A stretch of 61,124 nt of DNA. Source: Octopus sinensis. Lineage: Eukaryota. The notes beneath the pieces were generated by a model that saw nothing but the letters and a program-made list of their open reading frames with translations, was not told the origin of the DNA and did not search any database. Positions within the stretch are counted from its first letter, which is position 1. Each line of letters begins with the position of its first letter. Position numbers and translations under genes: made by a program. Of the stretch, positions 50,995 to 61,124 are shown in pieces. The stretch spans positions 1 through 61,124 of the forward strand of contig NW_021832395.1 of NCBI RefSeq assembly GCF_006345805.1, read 5' to 3'.

Positions 50995-51093
<99 letters not shown>

Positions 51094-51204
51094 AGCTCAA
51101 TGTATAGACATAGATATGTATTTATAGATATACAGACATAGATAAGTATTTACATATTTATATATACATATACTCATATATATGCACGTATACATATCTT
51201 CATA

Positions 51205-51238
<34 letters not shown>

Positions 51239-51561
51239 CATACATACAAACAAAATCACATATAATGAACGATGAAAGAGATTGTTAAAAAAGTTAATTA
51301 ATAAATTAACAATTATGGCAAAGCAGTAACAGGCAAAAGAAAAGCTACAATTTTTTTGTGGTGATGCCAGGAAAATTTACGTTGTTGATGTTGTTTAACC
51401 CAAGGACGGTACCTCATGAAGCAGCAGGTTATGTATCACAAGCATTACCATTGTGACCATCACACCAATACATCCATTGTGATAATTACATGAAAACAGG
51501 TGATGTTACATATTGTTGCATTGCTGTTGATAGGATGCCATTGGTACCTGTGCTTCTTCAA

Positions 51562-51720
51562 GGCGGTGAGCTGGCAGAAACGTTAGCATGCCGGGCGAAA
51601 TGCTTAGCGGTATTTCGTCTGACGTTACGTTGTGAGTTCAAATTCCGCCGAGCTCGACTTTGCCTGTCATCCTTTCGGGGTCGATTAAATAAGTACCAGT
51701 TACGCACTAGGGTCGATATA
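51562..51720 (+). mobile_element. SINE family B, 3'-truncated
   Basis: ggcggtgagctggcagaaacgttagc...aagtaccagttacgcac. Confidence 0.9.
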
Positions 51721-52088
51721 TAGACACGTATCTATGTGTCGATGTGTGTATATATTTATGTATGTATGTATCGTTCTCTGAGTGTGTCCTCTTTCTCGCC
51801 CCCCCCTGTCTCTTTCTGTATATATAGTTGAGATATATACATCTATTGCGTTGCTGTTGTTTCTCATTCTTTCTTTAAATGTTCCTTATGTATAAAAATA
51901 TGCATATCGTACACTTGTAAGATATTGCATCACTACGCCACTATAATGTGCTATTGGAGTTTACATTCCGGATGATTAGTTTCAAAACCATGTTTTACAA
52001 AATTAACCTGCAAGTCAATGAAGGATTGCAGCGGCAATTGAACATTCCTGATTTACAAGCAGAAAATGTATCAAATGCTGAAATGAGA

Positions 52089-52178
52089 CATTGCTGCAAT
52101 ATTTGTGATCAGTTCTTGAAACAAATTTCAGAGTTCAATTGTCATTTAAGACCTTACATTAGGAAACAGCAATTGTAG
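52089..52178 (+). pseudogene. Single degenerate C2H2 zinc finger
   Basis: CNIC-x12-H-LRP-Y (second His replaced by Tyr), decayed linker IRKQQL, then stop. Confidence 0.4.
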
Positions 52179-52277
52179 GTACAAGAAGGGGTCAAGTTCT
52201 GCAAAGAGCAGACAGCCATATATACGTACATACACACGTACAAACATACATACAACATACATACATACATACATACA

Positions 52278-52309
<32 letters not shown>

Positions 52310-52653
52310 CATATATACATACATGCATAATGCATACATACATACATAATTACATACATACATGCACACATGCATGCATACAGGCATCCATATAAACATA
52401 AATACACATACATACGTACAAACATACATACATACATTCCTACATACACATATACTTACGTGTACGTAAATACATATTTACATACATACACACATACATT
52501 GATTGACACACACACTGAGCATTGATGCATGCTCATAAACTGAGAGAATGAGATAGGTGCACACGTATGTTTGCATGTATGCGCGTGTGCGTTTGAATGA
52601 ATGAAGTGTGTGTGTGTGTGTGTGTGTGCGCGTGTGTGTGTGCGTGTGTGTGT

Positions 52654-52694
<41 letters not shown>

Positions 52695-53046
52695 ATAAAT
52701 TCTGTCTTGGAAGAATTTAAGTAGTTTTTCACAATATTATCGATCAACAGAGGAAGCATTCAAAAGTTGTTTTCAATAATTCCAACTCAGCTCCGTGAAA
52801 TTTCATTCCAGCCATCACCATTCAATCTGATTTTTGGATATTGAATCAAAATCGCATATTTTCCTGTCTACTTCATTCTCCTAAAATTTGCTGACGTTGA
52901 GTCGATATTAGAACATATTTTCTATCAAATGGTGAGGAGTGCTTGTGGTCTGAAGGGCATAAATAGCGCTCACCCTTCTCTTTGAAATAACGCAAGGCAT
53001 TTAGCCCGTTGGTGTGAGGATTCTGCCGACCAAGTATCATTAAATA

Positions 53047-53563
53047 TCGTAAATCCTCGAGTATAATCCTCATTTTTTCCCCAAAATTTAAAGGTCAAAA
53101 TCCCTAGTGCGTACTATATACGAGGTTAAAAATGAAAATTATTTTCTAGCAATGCCCGAGTCTCTATTTGCTGTCCGGCAATGTTTATTCAGACGCATTT
53201 TGTGATGTCGGGCGCGAAAATGCCTTAAGCTAAGCCTGAAAGCAATGAAGTCATAAAAGAATCATCCATAACTTGCAGTAAGCAACATTTATTAAACGTT
53301 ATTACTGTTATTACTGTTATTTCTTTATTTTCTGCAAACAAAATGCACAAAAAAGTTACACGTTCGCATTATGTTACATATACAATAATAATAAGAGACG
53401 TTACCGTATACATTTTTACAAACCAAGGACGTTATATAGACTTCCTTGACTCAAGTTAGAGAAGGGGTGCGTATTATACACAAAGTTTAGGTTTAGAGTT
53501 ACCGCGCCCTAAAAATTCCCTACGTACTATACTCAAGGGCGGACTATACTCGAGGATTTATGG
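53047..53563. mobile_element. Tc2/pogo-like MITE (~517 bp), TA TSD, subterminal repeats
   Basis: TA-tcgtaaatcctcgagtataatcc ... ggactatactcgaggatttatgg-TA; internal cgtactata/cgtattata repeats at ~53110, ~53470, ~53523. Confidence 0.85.
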
Positions 53564-53799
53564 TAATTATTTCTGATATAGATACAAGGCTTCAAATTTG
53601 GCTGGGAAGACATTAATCGATTATATCGACTCCAGTTGCTCTGTTGGTACTTTATTTCTTCGACTTCGTAATGATGTAAGTTCAAGTTGGCCTAGGCATG
53701 ATTTGAACTCAGAGAGTAAAGAGCTGCAAATAAAATATCGCAAAGTAGTTTTCCCAATGCTCTAATGTCTATGCCAACCATATACTCCGTCAGACACGA

Positions 53800-54340
53800 A
53801 GACGAGGGTTCCAATTGATCCGATCAACGGAACAGCCTGCTGGTCAAATTAACGTGCAAGTGGCTGGACACTCCATGAACACGTGTATCCCTAACGTTGT
53901 TCTCAGGGAGATTCAGCATGACACAGAGCGTGACAAGGCTCATTTATGCCTGCTGAATGGACTAGGGTAACGTAAAACAAAGTGTCTTGCTCAAGGACAC
54001 AATGTGTCGCCAGGAACTGAACTCACAATCTTGTCGTCATCATCATCCATTGGTTGGTCAGAACTCCATTGATACTCCCTTTCCACACTGCACGGTCCTG
54101 TATTGCTGTGTTAGATCTCTAATATCCAGCCCTGAGTCCCGAAACATAGTATCTGGAAATGTCAGTTTCCTGAAGAAAACACTTCCAGAGGGATGCCATA
54201 GGAGCAGGCATGAGGTAACCCCTTTTTCTGCTCGATGAAAGGAGCTAGCAAATTGTAGCCGTTTCTGCTTTAGCTTGAGGGTATATTTTTATCAGATTTC
54301 CATAGATGTAATACCCTAACCACTAAGGCACGCGTCTTCA
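53800..54340 (-). mobile_element. SINE family D split by an RTE insertion
   Basis: Body 53800-54030; head resumes at 54312 taccctaaccactaaggcacgcgtcttca. Confidence 0.75.
54033..54285 (-). pseudogene. RTE-clade LINE 3' fragment
   Basis: Minus LKLKQKRLQFASSFHRAEKGVTSCLLLWHPSG...RKLTFPDTMFRDSGLDIRDL (cf. RRLRFAGHCxR..LLLWxP..LTYPD.I.RDTGL); (tga)n-like tail. Confidence 0.7.
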
Positions 54341-54579
54341 TATCCCAGACGTAAATAGTTTCAAACACGGGGAGAATGCTTGAAATTTTGCGAGACGGGT
54401 TGGGGATTTATCGATTAGATTAGTTGACCGGTACTTTATGTAATTTATACGGAAACGTTGGAAGGCAAAATTTACCTTGGTGGGATTTGAACTCAGAATG
54501 TAAAGTGCCAGAATATATATGCCAACGCATTCTAAGAAACGCTTTAGAAAAAGAGATTCTGCTAGCACACGACCATGAA

Positions 54580-54888
54580 AGCCTCGGGCCGTCAAAGTCA
54601 TGTGAGTGGATTTGGTAGACGGAAACTGAAAGAAGCCCGTCATATATATGTATGTGTATATATATGTGTGTGTGTGTTTGTGTGTCTGTGTTTTTCCCCC
54701 CAACATCGCTTAACAACAGATGCTGGTGTGTTTACGTCCCCGTAACTTAGCGGTTCGGCAAAAGGGACCGATAGAATAAGTACTAGGCTTATAAACAATA
54801 AAGTCCTGGGGTCGATTTGCTCGACTAAAGGCGGTGCTCCAGCATGGCCGCAGTCAAATGACTGAAACAAGTAGAAGAGTAAAAGAGA
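54580..54888 (+). mobile_element. SINE family A, 5'-truncated
   Basis: gcctcgggccg...gactgaaacaagtagaagagtaaaaga. Confidence 0.9.
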
Positions 54889-55010
54889 ATATTATTATTA
54901 TTATTGTTATTATTATTATTGTTATTGTTGTAATTATTATTATTATTATTTTTATTAATATTATTATTATTATTGTTATTATTATTATTATTATTATTAC
55001 TATTATTATT

Positions 55011-55042
<32 letters not shown>

Positions 55043-55071
55043 CATTATTATCATTATTATTATTATTATTA

Positions 55072-55139
<68 letters not shown>

Positions 55140-55140
55140 C

Positions 55141-55194
<54 letters not shown>

Positions 55195-55200
55195 CATCAC
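54889..55200. repeat. (TTA)n/(TTG)n/(TCA)n trinucleotide array
   Basis: Direct reading. Confidence 0.97.
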
Positions 55201-55888
55201 TATAGTCCTGTGTGCTGGATACAGTTTGTGTCGGTAACTATCAAAGGGATACCCGAAAGACTGTGGCTGGTAGGAGATTGACTTACAGATAAGTTAGACA
55301 GCTTACTAGCTGACTAGCTAACTGGATGGCTGACTAGCTGTCTGGCTGGCTGGCGTAGGATTCATTTCTCTTCTTATTTGTTGCTTTCTTTCTGTATTTG
55401 TTCGTGTGTTGTATTTTTGCTTTTGTGTTCTATATCTATCTACTTATAAGTACAGACATCAGTTGCCTTTGAGATAATCCTATGACAGAAAACGTTTTTC
55501 CTCATTTAGATATTATTATTTTCTCCTATTTATAACATATATATATATATACAACTTTAGTTTAGTTTATTTATTGTTGTCGTTAGAAGTTTGTTGTCGA
55601 TTTTGTCAGTGTTTTTATTGTTGTTGTTGTTGATGTTGATGTTGATGTTGTAGAAGTTGTTGTTGTTGTTGTTGTTGGTGTTGTATATTTTTGTGTTTAT
55701 TTATTTACTGCGTTCAATGAATGAACGAACACAAACAAAACAAAACAAGACAAAAGAAAAAAAAATGAATGAAAACGAAATAAAATGGCCAAATAAGCAA
55801 ATATCAGGAAAAATAGTGAAGAAAAACAAAATATGTTACTCTGTGTGTGGAGGGTGAGGGAAAGAGGTACAGACAGACACAGAGAGCA

Positions 55889-55975
<87 letters not shown>

Positions 55976-56369
55976 CAGAAAGAAAGACAGAAAGAAAGAG
56001 CGTGCGTGTGTCTGACTTTGTGGTAAAAAGTTTGTTTCCCAACTACATGCTTCCGGGTTCAGGCCCACTGCGTTGCACCTTGCTCAAATGCTTCCTACTA
56101 AAGCCATAGGCCTTTCAAATCCTTCTGAGAGGATCTGGTAGACGAAACTTGTTTACTTGTTTAAGGGTTGTATTGGATAAATTGCGAAAATAACTCTAAC
56201 AGTTTAAATACTGAGAAATAAGCATACACAATTTGATTTATACCAAATGGTATAGGAAAATGAATAGGTTTTTTCACTTGGTTGTTAAAATCTGGGCGAA
56301 TGGGTTATTTCTCTTCGCTGTTAAAATGAAATATTTTATACATATATATATATATATATAAAGAGCCCT

Positions 56370-56541
56370 TCTTGGGGTCCTATTATAGACTTGTTCACCA
56401 ATCTGAGTATAGCATGAGGTTTCTAGACATGAGTTCTACTCACGTGTCAAATTTCATCAAAATCGATAAAACGATGTAGGAGGAGTTAGCTAACAACTCC
56501 AAAACACACCCACAGACAGGATTTCCCACATATGTAGTAGA
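56370..56541 (-). mobile_element. Probable Helitron 5' fragment
   Basis: aaatttcatcaaaatcg...ggagttag...acagacag...gtagtagat mirrors the end of the 12873-13266 Helitron; minus strand starts TC. Confidence 0.5.
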
Positions 56542-56630
56542 TATATATATATTATATATATTATATATATATATATATATATTTCTTTATATATACTTAT
56601 ATACATATATACATACATACACACACACAC

Positions 56631-56668
<38 letters not shown>

Positions 56669-56728
56669 ATATATTACATATGTATGTATGCACACATATA
56701 TAAATGTATGCATATTAAATATATTATA

Positions 56729-56774
<46 letters not shown>

Positions 56775-56833
56775 CATATACATATATATACATACACACA
56801 CATATAATATATCTAAATATGCATACATTTATG

Positions 56834-56876
<43 letters not shown>

Positions 56877-57279
56877 TGAAAGAGGCTAAATCAGCCTGTT
56901 AATCTGATGTCGCCGCTTTCATCTTCCCTTGGTGTACCTCTTCTAATTTACTAAATGCACTCTAAGGGTTTTGAAATACTGTCGTATTACGATAACATAA
57001 ACACACGTGCTTATATACAGGTATATATGCGTATGTGTCTGCATGTATGTGTTTGTTTGTGTGTGTGTGTATGTGTGTATTCTTACAAACATACACGTTC
57101 CTTCCTTTTTCAACGCTTGTACTCATTGGATTGTGAATGTATTGGTGAAATCTCTACCACGATTCTGGTTGATCATTTCAAACCTATTATATCTTTCCTA
57201 TGGCACGTACTTATTAATCTCTAAATATCCGACTGCTACCAAATCAGTTTTCACAGTATACATATATCCAAAGAGTTTA

Positions 57280-57847
57280 TATTCTTTTATTCTTTTATCC
57301 TTTCACTTGTTTCAGTCAATTCACTATGGCGGTGCTGGAGCACCGCTTTGAAAGACTCTAGCCGAAGAAATCGACTCCATGATTTACTTTTTGTAAGCCT
57401 AGAATTAATTCTAACGTTCTCTTTCGCTGGACCTCTCGGTTAGAAGGGCGTAGAATCAATAGCATCGGCTGTTAAGCAATGGCAGTTGGAGCAGGTACAA
57501 ACACACACATAAATACACACACACACACACACACACATACACACATACACATACACATACCAGAGTAAGCACATAAATGTGAAATAAGGTGAGAAAAAAT
57601 ACCGGATGTAGTGTAATATGCTTTATTAATAAAGCTGCAGACACATCACAAACAACTGCTACTCAGAGTTTCACATTCCCGATCGTCGGACAGTTGTGAT
57701 TAAGAATCATAACTGGAACATAAAACTCTGAGTAGCAGTTTTTTGTCATGTGTTTTTCTGATGTTTTTGCAGGTTTAATAAGAGTGCGTATGTATATTAT
57801 ATATATATATTATATATGTATGTGTGTGGTGTGTGTGGTGTGTGTAC

Positions 57848-57895
<48 letters not shown>

Positions 57896-58130
57896 TGTAT
57901 ATGTATATATGTATGCATGCATAATATGTATGTATGTATAATATATATATATTACATATATTATATATACATACACACATACATACATATATATATATAT
58001 AATATATATATAATATATATATACACATATATACGACGAGATTTTTTTTCGGTTTCCGTCTACCAAATCCTCTCACAAGGATTTGGTCGGCCCGTGGCTA
58101 TAGTAGATGACACTTACTCAATGTGCCAAG
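57280..58130 (-). mobile_element. Old family-A SINE (3' half 57280-57500, 5' part 58035-58130) with a fold-back cassette and TA tracts in its central microsatellite
   Basis: tgctggagcaccgc; tttccgtctaccaaatcctctcacaagg. Confidence 0.7.
57570..57790. mobile_element. Fold-back cassette with hammerhead-like motif at 57653-57696 (minus)
   Basis: Minus CAACUGU-CCGACGA-UCG-GGAA-UGU-GAAAC-UCUGA-GUA-GCAGUUG; inverted partial copy aaactctgagtagcagtt at 57723-57740. Confidence 0.75.
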
Positions 58131-58491
58131 CTTGATATTACTAAACACAGAAGAGAACATCCATCCATCCATCCATCCATCTATCCGTCAGTCCGTCGTC
58201 TGTCCGTTCGTAAATACATACATACATACATACATACATACATACATACATACATACATGCATACATACACAGAAGCATGCAAGCATAAAAGTAAATATG
58301 CACACACACATACATATATAAACGCATACACGTATCCATCCATTCATACGTTTGAACAATTATGGCAACGCCAGCGGGATATCGTCTTTTGAAGGCTAAA
58401 ACAATGCAATATGCGCATTGTGACCAGCGATATGTAACAACATGTGTTCGGTCACGTGATCATGTGATATACATATCTATCTATCAATATA

Positions 58492-58527
<36 letters not shown>

Positions 58528-58534
58528 TCTATCG

Positions 58535-58588
<54 letters not shown>

Positions 58589-58802
58589 TTATCTATCTAT
58601 CTATCTAACTGTCTGTCTGTCTGTCTGTCTGACATATGCGCACATACCTGCATCGACCGACATGTATCAGTATCTACACTAATACAAACATGCATACATA
58701 CGTATATGCAAATTCATTTATCACATATACTAAGAAGTAATATTTCAGAATTACAGGCGAAAAGATTTTAGGAGTAAAACATGATGCATGTACTCATCTA
58801 AG

Positions 58803-59150
58803 TGTAGGGGCGTGGCTTAGCGGTTAGGGTGTTGGACTCATGATAGTAAGATTGTGGTTTCGATTCCCGGACTGTGGAATACGTTGTGTTCTTAAGCAAA
58901 GCTCTTCTTTCCATGTTGCTCCAGTGGTGACCGGTAATAAAGTCACAGGAAAAAAGTCATAATTACTTTATGGAATCTGGACAACCCCGCCCCCTAGGAC
59001 AAAACCCCTATGGCTTCATTACCGTTTCTTTTTTTTTCCTGTGACTGTTTTTTACTTGGATTCGCTCCAGTCCACTCACCTGGGAAATAATAAGTAATCT
59101 TGTGACGGTCCGGCGTCCGGTCTAGATGGAGAATATATACTCAATGGAAT
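58803..59150 (+). mobile_element. SINE family D interrupted by a small DNA element
   Basis: ggcgtggcttagcggttaggg...ggtttcgattccc...gttgctccagt[insert]ccactcacctgg. Confidence 0.82.
58926..59063. mobile_element. 138-bp MITE with 8-bp TSD and imperfect TIRs
   Basis: TSD gctccagt at 58918-58925 and 59064-59071; agtcacaggaaaaaa versus ttttttcctgtgact. Confidence 0.8.
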
Positions 59151-59644
59151 GTCAGTATATTTGCTGGAAACGTGAATAATATAGCACCCCCCCCCACCAC
59201 CACCAAAAAATAAAAACGAATACGGTTTCTGTAATTACAGATGAAATGCGAATAATTTCACATGCATAACTTTAAATAGCTATATTCAAATTTGTACAAG
59301 CTAAGCATAAGTTGAACCCACAGCTATCGCTCTGTAGGGTGTCCAGTACAGCATAGAATATATAGTGGTGTGCAAATAAAGGATATCAGCAAGTGTTACA
59401 CGTGGTAATTCTTAGAAGTAGTTCTTTGGAAAACAGAAAGCCAGTAGAAATTCATGATAAGACGGTCTTAACTAGTTGCGATTTAGAGAAACGTTCTCTC
59501 AGTTTATCCTACAGTGAAAGCCCTATGGTAAGCAATAGGGTCTGTTTACTTATACAGCGGGCTGAATCCTTGTCATACGTACGTAAGGGAAGTTGCTATA
59601 GATGTCTCTCTCCCTTTATATACATAAAATATATTTATGTTTGA

Positions 59645-59675
<31 letters not shown>

Positions 59676-59816
59676 TGTATTTGTCTGTGTGTCTGTGTGT
59701 AAGTATTACATACACACAAAGTCGAACGCATGTATGTAAATATATACGGATGTATACGTATTTACTTGTGTGAATGCTTGTATGTGTATGTATATATATA
59801 TATGCACATACATAGG

Positions 59817-59868
<52 letters not shown>

Positions 59869-59983
59869 GTGTGTGGTGTGTTTGTGTTTGTGTCTGTGAG
59901 TGTGAGTGTGTGTGTGAGTATGTGTGCATATATATATACATATATATATATATGTATATATATATATGTATATATATATGTAT

Positions 59984-60017
<34 letters not shown>

Positions 60018-60075
60018 AATATATTGCACACATACTCACACACACTCACATTCACAGACCAAACACACACACACA

Positions 60076-60135
<60 letters not shown>

Positions 60136-60840
60136 CATACACACACACACGCATATATAAACGATCTATATATATATATATATTTTCGGTGAGCTGTTTA
60201 TAAACTTCAAGTGTTGGAAAATATTTGTTGAGTTCTTTGTGTTAACTTGCTGATATTTGCTTTTTTTGTTTCTTAGTGATGGTTTTTTCATGATGTTTTT
60301 TTTTTATTTTGTCTATATATCTATTTTTATATATTTATATATCATTATAATGTTAGTATATATATTTTCTGTAACGTTTGTCAATATGCTATAATAATGA
60401 TGTGAGCTAGATTTTCACTACTGCTTCTACTACACTCACACCACCAATTTCAGTACCATAGTAAATAGAAATCTGTCTGCACTTCTAAATAGCATAAAAC
60501 AGAGATAAATTCTTGATAAATTCTAGATAAATTCTATAGATTAATATATAACAAGTAATGGTTGAATCGCCGAAAAAAAAATCGAATTTGAATTTCTTTC
60601 GTCGAGATTTTCTGTTAAGGCAATCACATCGTTGCTACTCGCTGATATTTTATCATATAATAGAGAATTTTTTCATTTCTAAAGAATATCGGCGATATAG
60701 TATACGAATTATGATATCAGTAGTTTCGTCTTGTTGAGTGGAAACAACATGCTATTATGTTGGTCAAGTTATACTGAGCAACTTTTATTTGTATTGAATG
60801 TGTATAAATATTTATATATACAAACAAGCAACAAACACAG

Positions 60841-60924
<84 letters not shown>

Positions 60925-60925
<1 letters not shown>

Positions 60926-61124
60926 AAGATGAGTATATAAGTGCAAATCAAAGTGGAAAAGAAATAGTACTGGAATACCAAAGGTAGAGCGATATCTTTT
61001 TATTAGAGTTGCAAAATTATCACAAAAATGTTACTCCGAGCTTCACAATCCCGACGGTCACAACTGTCTGAAGAATGGGAATCTCTGAAACTCTGTGTAA
61101 CAGTTTTCTGTTAGTTTTGCTGTT
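60925..61124. mobile_element. Fold-back cassette (family of 15030/57570), cut by the window end; hammerhead-like motif 61062-61105 (plus)
   Basis: AACUGU-CUGAAGA-AUGGGAAUCUCU-GAAAC-UCUGU-GUA-ACAGUU; stem I AACUGU/ACAGUU; inverted partner at ~61010-61055. Confidence 0.7.

Noticed and set aside
54834-55281. Poly-Ile/Leu/Tyr ORFs
   Set aside because: (TTA)n array

Overview
AT-rich, gene-poor eukaryotic DNA made mostly of microsatellites ((TA)n, (CA)n, (TACA)n, (GATA)n, (GA)n, (TTA)n) and transposable-element remnants. The SINE families and repeat content suggest an octopus or other coleoid cephalopod intron or intergenic region; this is an inference, as no search was run. I see no intact host protein-coding gene, and nearly all ORFs in the track are translated microsatellite or SINE sequence. 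Recognisable elements: a degenerate Penelope-like (PLE) ORF fragment (~850-1700, minus), a decayed R4/Dong-type RLE non-LTR retrotransposon (~4066-5928), two CR1-type fragments and one RTE-type LINE fragment, dozens of tRNA-derived SINEs from three or four modular families, two complete non-autonomous Helitrons, Tc1/Tc2/hAT-type MITEs and one degenerate C2H2 zinc finger. The most striking pattern is about 10 short non-coding fold-back (inverted-repeat) cassettes plus several solo tails, from several unrelated sequence families and mostly next to (TA)n. They carry minimal type-I hammerhead ribozyme folds with palindromic stem III, and some have variant cores (CCGACGA, CUGUCGA). The best case is a near-perfect 350-bp inverted repeat (39100-40014) with a canonical hammerhead in each arm. 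One SINE family shows the same tandem/inverted architecture, and one cassette appears to join a tRNA-like head to a hammerhead tail.
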